A DNA stretch of 64,000 nucleotides from Octopus vulgaris (GCA_951406725.2 OX597815.1:179304001-179368000); one strand, 5' to 3'. Counted from the first letter of the stretch, positions 1 to 12,366 are shown. Made by a program: numbers and translations. Notes: generated by a model from the sequence alone, not told the origin.

Positions 1-2
1 GT

Positions 3-36
<34 letters not shown>

Positions 37-208
37 CACTCACACACATACATCACCTACATATATATAATGCATGCGTGTGCATGCCACGTATGTGCGC
101 TAGTGTGTCCTATGCGTGCCGATGCGCGCATGTGCCCGCCCGCACGATATGCTGTGAGCGTGCGCGCGTCCCTGTGTGCTTGCTCTGGATGTGCTTCCAG
201 GGGGTATG

Positions 209-2371
209 TTAGAGTATGTTTAGTTGTGGTCTGTATTTTTGAATAAGATTACTTTCCTTATTTATTCGTGTTTGGTCTGTGGTGTTGTCCGAGCATTGGT
301 ATAGTGGGAAGACTAAGAATTTGGGGGACTTATTGTGTGCACAAAGGTCTAAGTGTCCACTTAGTGGTATCTGTCTTGTGGAGGGGTCCCTCAGTTGTTG
401 TCGGTAAACTGTCATTCTGTCTCTGAGGGTAAGGCTCGTTTGCCCTATGTAGTCTTAGTGGCATCCTTCACACCTTATGACGTAGAGTAAATTTTTTGAT
501 GCGCACGTGAAGTTATTTTTTATGATGAATGTGTGTCCCGAGTGGAACTTGTACGACGATCCCTCAATGAGGTGGATGCAGGTCTTACAGTTGGGGCGAC
601 CACATTTTTTGATGGTGAGCGGTGGGTTTGTGTTGTGTAATTTTGCGTTGGTGAGGAGGTTTTTTAGGGATTTAGGTTGTCTCTTACTTTTTATTATTTT
701 ATGAGCTGCCAGTATTTTTTTCAGGCGTGGGTCTTGATTTAGTTGTGGAATGTTGTTGTATATAATAGTGTAAGCTTCTGCATTCCTTGGGTTGTGTGTT
801 GAGAGATAAGGGAGGCTATTGACTGTACTGTGGATGTGTTTGGGTTTTCGAAGGTCTTGAATGTTGATTGATTTGGCCCGTTCTATTCCGTTGTCTACTA
901 GTGATGCCGGGTAATGTCTTTCGAGAAGAATTGCCCTTAGTTCCCGGAGTCTTCTATTTCGTGTTGTGTCATTTGAGACAATAGTGCAGATTCTTCTCGC
1001 TAGGTTGAAGGGGATATTTGTCTTTGTGTGTTTTGGGTGATTGGAGGTGAATAGAAGGTATTGTTTAGAGTCAGTGGGTTTGTAATGGATGTCAGTTTCA
1101 ATGTTGACGCCTTTTTTAATGATTAGGATGTCAAGAAAAGGGAGTTGGTCCTGACTATATTCCATTGTGAATTGAATGTTGTTATTTACACTGTTGATAA
1201 GGTTTTTGAAGTCTATAAGTTGGTCGAGTGTGTGGGACCATAGGATGAGGCAATCATCTAAGTAGCGTTTCCAGTTCTCCAACAGGTATTTGTGGAAAGA
1301 CTGGCCGTACTTATATTTGGATTTTTCATAGATATGTGATTCCAGGTAGGCCATCACCAGGTTTGCATAGGTAGGTGCAACTTTCGTACCCATTGCAGTC
1401 CCTGAGACCTGTCTGTAAGTGTTGTTGTGGAAATACATGAAGTTGTTTTGCAGAATAAATTTGAGGCCCTCAATTATGAATTCTTTTTTAATTCTTTCCG
1501 GGATCTCATTGGGATATTTATCCAGCCAGAATTTAATGGCTTCCAGTCCAAATTCATGTGGGATTGTGGTGTAAAGATTAATAACATCAAAAGAAACGAT
1601 TAAGGTGTCTTTATCGGCATGTTTGGGGAGATGGTTTAATAGGTCCAGGTCATCTCTTACAATACTTGGAATGTGTTTCAGTATTGGCTTTAAGATGATA
1701 TCTATAAAGTTGCTAAGTCTGTGTGTTTCACAACTTGGGCCTGCCACTATTGGTCTCAGTTTGAGATCAGTGGGATGTGGTATAGTGATGCAGGTTGAAG
1801 TGGACTTTTTGCAAGCTTCTGTGATAATTTGACTCTTGTGTATTTTTGGAAGCCCATAGAGTGTGCTGGTTTTGCAATTAAATTTAGTAATGTAGTCGCA
1901 TTCCTTTGCTGTCAAGTAATTCCGGTGTTGGTAAATGAGTGCCTTCAGATTGGTCATTGTTTTGGATTGCTGGTAGTCGACTACTCTTTCGTAGTATGTG
2001 GTATCCTCTAAAAGGAGAGATACAGAGTTTTTATATTGCTCAGTATTCATAACAACGACCGTACTACCCTTATCAGCTTCCTTTATTGTGACGTCATGAT
2101 TGTCTCGTAGCGTATGGATGATTTCCCATTCTCTTTTACTGGTGTTGGGTTTGAGTTTAGGTTGTGGGAGTTCACCATAAGGGAAGTTGGAGATGTAATC
2201 GCAAAATTTGTCTAAGGTTTTGTTTTTGCCTTTTATGGGATTATAGTTGCTTTTGTTGGTTGTTTGGCAGACCATTGTATTCGTCGTTATTATTAGTTTT
2301 TCTGTCAAAAAATTCCTCTGTGAGGCGTAATTTTCTGCAAAAGTGCGAGATGTCATCCTGTACGTGTACAA
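209..2371 (-). mobile_element. Penelope-like retroelement (PLE), RT + GIY-YIG endonuclease, probably Neptune clade; 5'-truncated, one frameshift and one premature stop
   Basis: 638-aa ORF carries PLE RT motifs YGLPKIHK, LRPIVAG, SFDVINLYTTIP, GTAMGTKVAPTYANL, WKRYLDD, LPFLDI, YKPTD, SNHPKH. Cys linker KCGRPNCKTC follows, then NLLYVIRCEGCH*DYIGQTSLTLRDR, which continues in frame past TAA (455-457) to 209. N-terminal DISHFCRKLRLTEEFF lies in another frame (frameshift about 2260-2300). Confidence 0.95.
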
Positions 2372-2814
2372 TTAAGTGTATATATTTGTGTGTATGTGTG
2401 CACTGTATATATGTATATTGTAGGTGTGCTATATGTGCATGAATACATGTATATGCATTGCGTGTATATATATGTATGCATTGTGTGTGTATGTATGTTA
2501 TGTGTGTGTGTGTGTATATATATATTATATGTATGCGTACGTGTATGTGTATGCATTGTATGTATGTGTGTTGTGTGTATATGTGGTACATCTATGTATG
2601 TGTATGTAAACACTATTTATATGTATATGTGTATATATGTATATGCATTGTCTATATATATATATATATTATATGTATGTATTGCGTATGTATATTGCAT
2701 GCATATATTGTGTATGTATATTACTTACATGCTGTATGTGTGTATTGTATGTGTGTATATATATGCTAGGTGTATTTATGTGATATTTATATTATGTATG
2801 TATGTGTGCGTGTG

Positions 2815-2851
<37 letters not shown>

Positions 2852-3070
2852 GTGTGTGTGTATGTGTGTTATATATCTGTGTATGTTATATATAGATACA
2901 TGTTATATTTGTGTGCTGTGTGTATATGTGATATATGTGGGTGCGTTGTGTGTGGGTGTGTGTGTTCTGTGTGTGTGTGTGTTGTTTGTATGTGGTGTGT
3001 GTTTGTATACTATGTGTGTGTGTGTGTGTTGTTGTGTGTGTGTGTGTTTGTGTGTATATATATGTGTGTG
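2372..3070. repeat. Compound (TG)n/(TA)n/(TATG)n microsatellite
   Basis: Direct inspection. Confidence 0.95.
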
Positions 3071-3429
3071 ACAAACAGACGCTGTCTGACCAGCAGGCAC
3101 GGACACATCTATTCACACCCGCATACTAACCTCCTGATAACCCCAAAATCATTCATGCATAAAGGGGAAGTATACACCACATTGGCTACTTCTTCTGTTC
3201 TCTCAGTTCAGCCTTTCTGCTAATACTGACAGGTCAGTAAAAACATACTTAAAATATTCTGAGATGTACAAAAAATCCATTTTAATTTTTGCTGTCAAAA
3301 CGCTGTATATATATACCAAAGATTGTATATATATACATGTAATGTGACAATTTGCGACAACCAATAATTAACGCAACCAATTCCCAATAATATATTTGTT
3401 TTATCCTTTTCTGCCAAATTTTCCCAAAT

Positions 3430-3655
3430 AATGTGACAATTATGTATAAAAAAACATTTTTGAATTCATAATATCCAATGTGACAATTATGTAAAAAACT
3501 TTTTGAATGCATAATATTCAATGTGACAATTATGTAAAAAACTTTTTTGAACCCATAATATCCAATGTGACAATTATGTAAAAAACTTTTTTGAATGCAT
3601 AATATTCAATGTGACAATTATGTAAAAAACTTTTTTGAACCCATATTATTCAATG
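3430..3655 (+). repeat. ~43-47 bp minisatellite, about 5 copies with alternating variants
   Basis: Unit aatgtgacaattatgtaaaaaactttttgaa(tgcataatattc/cccataatatcc). Confidence 0.9.
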
Positions 3656-3669
3656 TTTCCTTAAATGTA

Positions 3670-3710
3670 ACTTTTGACAATCTTTTACCAAAGAGTGAAA
3701 CCGGTTAAGT
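3670..3710 (+). ncRNA. Minimal type-I hammerhead ribozyme candidate (U3-A8 core variant)
   Basis: actt-TTGACAA-t-ctttt(acca)aagag-t-GAAA-CCGG-TT-aagt: 4-bp stem I, 5-bp stem II, palindromic stem-III loop; followed by AATAAA and (TA)n. Confidence 0.6.
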
Positions 3711-3749
3711 AAATAAACATAGTTTAAATTGCATTTTCAAACCTTTTTT

Positions 3750-3779
<30 letters not shown>

Positions 3780-3784
<5 letters not shown>

Positions 3785-4157
3785 TATTATAAAAGGCAGA
3801 TTTTATCTGCCTCCCTTTGGGAGTTATACAAATCTACAATATAGGATTTCTTCAATTACAATTTACCTAGCAATTTTAAGAGTACAATGCATCGCGTCAT
3901 GCCAGGTCCAGTTTTTAAAATTTAAACTCCAATTAAGCAAAATTTACAGAAAACTCACATTCTGGTGTGTGTGTCAAATGCTTTTCTTAGTCTGGTTTAC
4001 ACCACACGCAAACGCACACACACAGTGGGCAGCGAATAAAATGAAAGTAATTTACTTACTGTAGTGAGTGATTCTTTCACTCTGCCTCCCACTTCCTCTT
4101 TCAACACAGACACGCAAATATATAAATAAAATTGTAAGCTAACGTGCGTGTGTGTGA

Positions 4158-4190
<33 letters not shown>

Positions 4191-4869
4191 TGAGGGTGCG
4201 CGCGTGTGTGTGTGTGTGTGTGTGTGCGTGTGCGTGAGTGTGTGACAGGAAAGTTTTTTACGACGAATATAAGTAGCAGAAAGATAAGACAGTAAGGTGT
4301 GATTTGAGGGAGATTTGGCTGCTATTTCTACCATGTCTAGCTGCCATGTAGGGGTCTCCCTCATAGGCTCATACATACATATATACATAGATAAGACAGT
4401 AAGGTGTGATTTGGGGGAAATTTGGCTGCTATTTCTACCAGGTCTAGCTGCCATGTAGGGGTCTCCCTCATAGGCTCATACATACATATATACATAGATA
4501 AGACAGTAAGGTGTGATTTGGGGGAAATTTGGCTGCTATTTCTACCAGGTCTAGCTGCCATGTAGGGGTCTCCCTCATAGGCTCATACATACATATATAC
4601 ATAGATAAGACAGTAAGGTGTGATTTGGGGGAAATTTGGCTGCTATTTCTACCAGGTCTAGCTGCCATGTAGGGGTCTCCCTCATAGGCTCATACATACA
4701 TATATACATAGATAAGACAGTAAGGTGTGATTTGGGGGAAATTTGGCTGCTATTTCTACCAGGTCTAGCTACCATGTAGAGGTCCCCCTCATTGGCTCAT
4801 ATATATATACATACATAAGACAGTAAGGTGTGATTTGAGGGAGATTTGGCTGCTGTTTCTACCAGGTCT
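3780..4869 (+). mobile_element. Probable non-autonomous Helitron 5' portion carrying a minisatellite
   Basis: Begins TCTCTTATTATAAAAG after an A, like the 5' end of the Helitron at 5625; no 3' hairpin or CTAG found. Confidence 0.4.
4282..4869. repeat. 107-bp tandem repeat, about 5.5 near-identical copies
   Basis: agataagacagtaaggtgtgatttg recurs at 4282, 4389, 4496, 4603 and 4710; ORF starts are spaced 107 bp apart. Confidence 0.97.
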
Positions 4870-4935
4870 GTTAGGCCTTCTCATGTAAACTCAAGCTTTC
4901 TTATGCCTTGAACATAAGACCAAAGCAGAGAATGT

Positions 4936-5170
4936 ATTCTTTTATTCTTCTGCTTTTTCCAGCCATTGGTCTGTGGCCATGCTGGGGCAATGCCTTGAAG
5001 AATTGTAGTTTAATGAATCAACTCCAGTTTTATTTTTGTAAGCATTGTACTTATTCTATCTGTTTCCACTAGGTGACAGGGATGTAAACAAACCAACATT
5101 CGTTGTCAAGCAGTGGTGGAGGACAATCACAAGCACAGACACGCACACACACACACATACATGCATACAT
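4936..5170 (-). mobile_element. SINE family A, 3' half
   Basis: Matches the tail of the full-length copy at 60901-61317. Confidence 0.75.
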
Positions 5171-5199
5171 ACATATATATATATGTGTGTATATATATA

Positions 5200-5535
5200 T
5201 TGCAGCGTGGAAGGTGTTTGTAAGCCATTTAAGAAACACACAAAAACCGTTACATTCACTTCAACATTTAAATTTCATTTGCCAAAATATTTTCGTCGCT
5301 TTGAGACCGCGACCTGTTCACTGACAAAAATATCGTGCTAACAGGTCGCGGTCTCAAAGCGACGAAAATATTTTGACAAATTAAATTTAAATGTTGAAGT
5401 GAATCTAACGGTTTTTGTGTGTTTCTTAAATGGCTTATAAACACCTTCAACGCTGCAACTGTTTTCGTTCCAGCACACGATCTCAGATCAAGTCACTTGC
5501 TATGCAAGTACATCTCTGTAACTATTTATACATTT
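5200..5535. mobile_element. Inverted (foldback) PLE-type terminal-repeat element within (TA)n
   Basis: 5200-5318 is the reverse complement of about 5340-5458; contains an HHR motif; flanked by (TA)n. Confidence 0.7.
5278..5328 (-). ncRNA. Minimal type-I hammerhead ribozyme candidate (G3-C8 core variant)
   Basis: Minus strand: tttgtca-GTGAACA-g-GTCGC(ggtctcaaa)GCGAC-GAAA-ATAT-TT-tggcaaa; 7-bp stem I, 5-bp stem II. Confidence 0.65.
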
Positions 5536-5624
5536 ATATATATATATATATATATGTATATTGTTAAAAACAGTAAGATAACAAAAGAAAGAAAGAGACC
5601 TCAATATTATGTAAATAGAGGAAA

Positions 5625-6018
5625 TCTTTATATATAAAAGTGAGGTTGTGTGTCTGTCTCCTACGATTTAGATTCCTAACTACTCCCACATTTTGCGGTG
5701 CAGTTTAACCAAAAGCGGGTATCTTATAGTCGTGATTCATATCGAGACCGTCTGGGTATTAGCGCGCGTCTACGATGAGTCTACGATTTAAAAAAAAAAT
5801 TACCATCAATTTTTCCCATTTTTAATCCATTTTTGACATATATAAGGGAAGTAACTCTCTAAAATTTATTATTAAATCTCAGAACGTAAAAAGCTACAGT
5901 AACACCCCTCCCCCTTTGTGGTTAGCCATATTGAGATGTCTATTATACTTTACATCTCTAAAAATGCTTATATAATTATTTCCCTTACAAACCCGAGCAA
6001 CGCCGGGCGATACTGCTA

Positions 6019-6019
<1 letters not shown>
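5625..6019 (+). mobile_element. Non-autonomous Helitron
   Basis: 5' TCTTTATATATAAAA; 3' hairpin cccgagcaacgccggg about 8 nt before terminal CTAG; inserted between A and T. Confidence 0.85.
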
Positions 6020-6055
<36 letters not shown>

Positions 6056-6785
6056 GTAAGTGTGCGTATGTGTGGTAGTATGTGGTAAATAATTCCATTT
6101 GTGTATATAGGTTCACAAACTCTTGAAATGAAACTTATTTCAATTTCTTTGCCATGATAAAACTTTCTTACAATAGCGCAAGCTTCGTTAGCAAATACAA
6201 TATAATAGACAGTTCGAAATCAAACATATCTGTCAAATATTAATGTTTGCGATAGATTGCGCAGGGAATAGAGGGTCAAACGTGGGAAATGAGTATTGAT
6301 CCTCTGACTGTCATGCTATACAATTCGATTATCAAAGAATAGAATTCAATATAAACAGGAGAAATAGTGAAAAGATAAGTAGTGTTGATCAATAGAATGC
6401 ATTATAAACGACATAAAAATTGCAATTTGTGTGTACAGAGACACGACTCGGTGGACTACAAAATACTGTCCATGGCAAGGTTTGGTATAAATCTCTCTCT
6501 CCCTCTGACATTTTGTGTATACGGGTGTTAACATTTAAAGTGATGGCGAGTTTCGAGGAACTGAGGTTCACGACCTCGAACCCATTATCAGCGCGTTCTG
6601 TAAAAGTACAATGACATGGAGAAAGAGAAAGAGAGAGAGAGAGAGAGAGAGAAGGAGGGAGGGAGGGAGTTGAAGGAAGGAGCAAACAGTCTGACTAAAT
6701 TGTATAGATGTTAAAAGAATTATTTCGGTAGTAAATGCTCTGAGCTAATCGGTTACATTAGAATATTTTTAATATATTAATATAT

Positions 6786-6973
6786 AGGCCAAGCGTGGAT
6801 GTGTGGTAAGAAGCTTGCTTCCCAACCACATGGCTCCCGGGTTCAGTCCCACTGCGTGGCACCTTCGGCAAGTGTCTATTATAGCCTCGGTCTCACCAAA
6901 GACTTGTGAGTGGATTTGGTAGACGGAAACTGAAAGAAGCCCATCTCTGTTTGTTTGTCTGTCTGTCTGTATG

Positions 6974-7039
<66 letters not shown>

Positions 7040-7196
7040 AATGCGTGTGTATGTGCTTGTCCCCCACCGCCGATTGAAAACTGGTGTCGGTGTATTTACA
7101 TCCCCGTAACATAGTGATTCGGCAAAAGAGTCCAATAGAATAAGCACCAGGTTTACAACATAAGTTGTGGAGTCAATTTGTTCGACCGAAACCCTT
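6786..7196 (+). mobile_element. SINE family A (tRNA-derived head, CORE-like segment, internal microsatellite)
   Basis: gtggatgtgtggtaag...ggttcagtcccactgcgtggcacc...gatttggtagacggaaactgaaagaagccc. Confidence 0.85.
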
Positions 7197-7753
7197 AAAA
7201 TAATAATTAAAAAGAATTATCTTAAATTTATACGAAAAAAATATATATGTGTCTCCATATATAGACGAGATGACGACAAAATATCTTGATTAACACGATT
7301 TCATTTATTCACAATTAACTATAGTAGCGGGACCCGTGGAAATTCTACAGAACGAAATGACTAGAAAGATCTATTTAAGAAAGAAAGGCTGATTTGCATC
7401 TTTACTGTTCATAAATCTCACAGTTGCCTTAGCAATAAACGATAGAAGAATATGCAATAGCAATCTATACAATACTTGATACACATATCATTCGTTAGTA
7501 TTTAATTCTATTGAAACTGTAAGATCAATAATTAATTGCATATCCCTTATTACGCAATATTTTACCATAATTACTTTACATTATGTACAATTAATGTACA
7601 CTGAACAATATAGAAAATATACACAATGTTTTTATTTGAATGATTAGTATTAATTCCATTGAAAATTTTAAAGAATAACATCTACAGCTACTTTGTCGAA
7701 AATTAATAAAAAGTGAATTTCCAGTCACAAAAATGCATTATATGATCTTAAAA

Positions 7754-8019
7754 TTTGCCAACATAACATGGCAGTCCTGGTTTAGGACGAATGTTGCTGT
7801 AATTTAGCCCTAGGAGACATCGTCTCCAGCTGGCTATACGACACGATCTGTATCCTTATGTTTTCGAATGGAATCGAGCTGAGTGGGGGTGCTAGATTCC
7901 CTTGTTCAAAAATATATGGACACAGATCCTGTCATATAACCAGCTGTAGACGATGTCTCCTGGGGCTAAATTACAGTAACTTTCGTCCTAAATCAGGACT
8001 GCCATGTTATGTTGGCAAA
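7754..8019. mobile_element. Foldback/MITE-like element that is almost entirely palindromic
   Basis: tttgccaacataacatggcagtcctg... and ...caggactgccatgttatgttggcaaa; arms about 125 bp including inner ggaatcgagc/gctagattcc. Confidence 0.8.
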
Positions 8020-8439
8020 CAATCTTTACTCTAAAGTACTGTTGCTGAATATTTCTCGTTGTGAGATTTACAAATAGTAATTTTCTAATTTAAAATTTCC
8101 CTCTGCATTATATTCCTCTTCCTTTCTTTTATCTTAACCTCTTACTTCAACAAACTCCTTAACCATGTAATTCTCCTCTTCACGTTTCGTTCTTTTTCTT
8201 TTCGCCTCTCAGTTCCGCTAACGACGTGACAGCGTAGTGATTGGAATCGTCTATCTGCTATCTGATTCAATCTCCTTCCCTCCTTCTCTCTCTCTCACAC
8301 TTCCTCTCTCTCTAACTCTCCCTCCCTCTCCCTCTCACTCACGCCATCTCTCACTCACTTTACCTCCTCTCTAACGTGTGAATGAAGAAACCAGTAGAAT
8401 TATATTATAAGTGAATGATTATGTGTGTGTGCGTGTGTG

Positions 8440-8491
<52 letters not shown>

Positions 8492-8769
8492 TGTGTGTGT
8501 ATTTATTTATGTATACATTTCTGTATGCGTTCAAATATATTCAATCAATTTCCTCGAAAAAATAGTACCGCAGTAGGTAAGAGAAATTCATGATCGTAAA
8601 TACTATCTCAATAATGCCTGTGTTTATTTTATCCTACAGATGCCTGCGCTGCATTTCTAACTGGAACCTTCCGTTCTTCTGAAGCCTTTTTCATGTTTAC
8701 CAATATGAATATTCTGAAGAGTACACATACACACATATATTGATACATATAATGCACACACACACCACA

Positions 8770-8813
<44 letters not shown>

Positions 8814-9355
8814 GATGTATCACGCAGTGAATATGTACGTTGTTCGAATGACTAACATGATATATGAAGCTGCATATTTACAGACATGTTTCCTATTAGC
8901 TTTGCTTCGGCAAAGCTGTTGTACAGAAGTAGCTGATATGTATCGAAGGAATATATAGATTTCTTTTTTTTTATTTCATCACTTGAGTTTATTTTATCCT
9001 AAGACTTTATATCTTTAGACGTTTCGTCGAATTTAAAAAATGATATATTGTTCGCGGTGAATATTCCAGCGTTGTATTGAGATGTTATGCAAGTAAAGAA
9101 GATTTTCCTTTTTTTGGGTTGTATTGCCAAATGTAAGCTTTATGAACACAGAGACATTCAAGCAAGCAGTGTGTTATTTAATATCAGCGACCTTATTTAA
9201 AACAATGAACAGTAAATATATTAGCCTTACTTTGCAAGTAAATACAGTGGAAAGACACTACAGGAAGGGATTTCTGCATCAATAAGTTATTAATGCACGA
9301 AAAAACATTTTGATATGTAAGTTTATTGGAAAATTAATAAAAAATGAATTTAACA

Positions 9356-9387
<32 letters not shown>

Positions 9388-9504
9388 TCGAATGGATGAA
9401 ACTGCATCAAATAAAGGCAGCTGCTTTATTTATGCCTCCTCACCCTTCTCCTCTTCCGAATGTCAAAAAGATGTATGGATGTATGTATCTTTCAACTTTA
9501 TTTC

Positions 9505-9885
9505 TTAATATTTGTTTTTGGCTTGTGTGCATGTGGCCATGCTGCAGCACCTTCTTGATGAATTTATAGCTGAATGAATTGACCCCCAGACGTGTTTTTC
9601 CTAAGCCTTGTTACTTATTCTATCGATATCTTTTGCCGAACTACTACGTTACGGGGGCGTAAGCACAGCAATAGCAGTTGTCAAGCGGTAATAGGGGACA
9701 AACACAAACAGAAGACACGCATACACACACACATACATAGATACACACATACATATATACACACATACATACACACATATATACACATACATACATATAT
9801 ACATACATACATGCATGCATACATACATACATTCATGCATGCATACACACATACATACATACATACACACACATACATACATACA

Positions 9886-9916
<31 letters not shown>

Positions 9917-10065
9917 GACGGGTTTTCAGTTTCCGTCGACCAAATCCACTCACAAGGTTTTGGTCGGCCAGAAGCTATGGTAGAAGACAGGTGTCATGCA
10001 GTGGGACTGAACCGGGAACCATGTGGTTGAGAAGCAATCTTCCTCCCATACAGCCACGCCTACGC
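9505..10065 (-). mobile_element. SINE family A with an expanded (CATA)n centre
   Basis: Head at about 10060 (cagccacgcctacgc on +), tail at about 9520-9550. Confidence 0.8.
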
Positions 10066-10348
10066 TTATGTATGTGTGTGTGTATGAATGTATGTATGTG
10101 TGTATGTATGTATTTGTGTGTATGTATGTATGTGTCTGTGTGTATGTGCGTGTGTGTGTGTGAGTATTCAGTTTATTTCAAGATTTCTTACCAATAGAGA
10201 AAGAACCGATTTCTAACTTAGATCCAGGTCTTGGGGTTTGACGATAGGCCATAAAGTTAAATCCTTTATGGACGGGAAACTCACGATAACACCATAAACC
10301 AGCCTTCACCAGGAATACATACATACATATATACATACATACATATAC

Positions 10349-10396
<48 letters not shown>

Positions 10397-10397
<1 letters not shown>

Positions 10398-10685
10398 GAG
10401 GCGCAATGGCCCAATGGTTAAGGCAGCGAACTCGCGGTCGCAGGATCGCGGTTTCGATTTCCAGACCGGGCGTTGTGAGTGTTTATTGAGCGAAAACACC
10501 TAAAAACTCCACGAGGCTCCGGCAGGGGGTGGTGATCCCTGCCGTACTCTTTCACCACTCTTTCTCCCACTCTTTCTTCTGTTGGCCTGCTCGCTTAGCC
10601 AGCGGGGTGGCGTCATTCGAAGGCTAAAACAATGCGAACGCATTGTGACCAGCGATGTGTAACTACATCTTGTGGACTGGTCGGT

Positions 10686-10692
<7 letters not shown>
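10397..10692 (+). mobile_element. SINE family C, tRNA-derived
   Basis: Box A TGGCCCAATGG and box B GTTTCGATTTCC in a tRNA-like head; unique body; flanked by microsatellites. Confidence 0.75.
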
Positions 10693-10734
<42 letters not shown>

Positions 10735-10736
<2 letters not shown>

Positions 10737-10865
10737 GGCAAAAAGGACCAATTGAATAAGTACTAGGCTTACAAAGAATAAGTCCTGGGGTAGATTTGTT
10801 CGATTAAAGGCGGTGTTCCAGCATGGCCGCAGTCAAATCAAATAACTGAAACATGTAAGAGAATA
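10735..10865 (+). mobile_element. SINE family A, 3' tail
   Basis: aaggcggtgttccagcatggccgcagtc...actgaaac. Confidence 0.8.
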
Positions 10866-12296
10866 ACAGAACATGTCGACTGTCTGCAGTTTCAAACTGA
10901 ACATCCACCACACCCACCACATCCAGCTCATCCGCCCAGGAATATCTTTTGTATTTACCGTAGACGTAATTCTTTTTACCCGTTGTTGAGTCCACGAAAA
11001 ACTGAAACAGTCTCGCCGACGAAACAAACATACTGGATGACGTATATGATATCGTGCTTCTGATTTGGCGTAGGTTATGCTTCAACAGAAAAATAGTAAG
11101 ACTTATTCCTTCATTTGCCAAAAATTATATTAAATACCTCTTAAAGAGGCAGAATTATCGTGATATCTCTGTGATATGGGCTTTCTAAAAGTAGAGTAGA
11201 ACATACAACGCACATCATTTACATTAAGAGACTATTTTATTTCGAAATATAACATTGCAGGTATCATAAATAACAGGATCTAAAGAAAAGTTTAATCGAA
11301 ATGGTAGAATATAAACTGCAATGGAATTCGAAATGAATTAAAATCTTTGATAATATGAATTTCGGTGGTACCATTTCAGTCCCGAAATAAAATTAAGTAA
11401 AGCAATCTAGTTATTAGGGAAAATCTCATAAAGCATCATACGGAATAAGAACTATTAGGTTATGTATAAATTCTTCCTGACATTAAATTCCTACGCAAAA
11501 AAGATCAAAAATGGAAAGTATGAAATCAGCAATTGCAGAGATGTTCTTTCAACGTTTATTAGAATCTCTTATAATCTAGGATTTGGCAGCAGTCTCCTAG
11601 ATTTAGAAGTAAGCATAAAACACTTACGGAAGGTTCTGTAGTATCAGATGTTACAGGCTTAGGAACAAGTCTACTACACGAACTACAAAGCCATCTTGCA
11701 GCTAACAAGTTTTAAGACAACAGCGAAAGTCCAAATCACGATGTTCTTAGTATTTTGAGACGTAAACCAGTGATAATCTCACACGAAACGGAGTAAATTA
11801 TACATAACGAATTTAAAAGACTATGTTTTCATTCTGAAATACAAATGCTTGCTAAAACTAATATTCCATATAAAAGCTTATAAAGATCAGGTAAAAAGAA
11901 AGTCTACAAATTACAGATATGCAGCTTACTATCTTAATGTGTTTCTACATTCCTACTTTTGGTTACCTTTATTTCCACGTTTATAAATAATCCTAACACA
12001 AATTGTTGTTACTCGATCAAATATCGATCACAGACCCTTGAGCATAAAAGGAAAGGCGTTTTAACGGTTTATCAAAACTTTCAAAATTGAATCCATCAGT
12101 CATGAAGTAAATAAACAGAGGAAATATATCAAATATTTTAACTTCGTGGCGTCTTTCGCAAATGTCTTCCACTGTGTAACCTCAGGCCGAGCGAACTCTT
12201 GTCAGTGGTTGTTGGGATAGATGGGAACTGAAAAAAAAAACCCTGTCGTGTATATGTATACATATATATAAATACACACACATACACACACATTTG

Positions 12297-12349
<53 letters not shown>

Positions 12350-12366
12350 ATGTGTGTGTGTGTGTA

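Noticed and set aside
3130-3180. HHR-like CTGATAA-cccc...gggg-AAG
   Set aside because: Core and GAAA both deviate; no stem I
3430-4869. CRISPR-like arrays
   Set aside because: Head-to-tail tandem repeats with no unique spacers, in eukaryotic context
8200-8400. Possible promoter (CCAAT/CRE-like motifs; also 49140-49200)
   Set aside because: Short motifs are expected by chance; no linked gene
11180-12050. Very decayed LINE relics (also 36250-37250, 48540-49080, 52830-53520, 60180-60590)
   Set aside because: Only faint motif resemblance; cannot classify by eye
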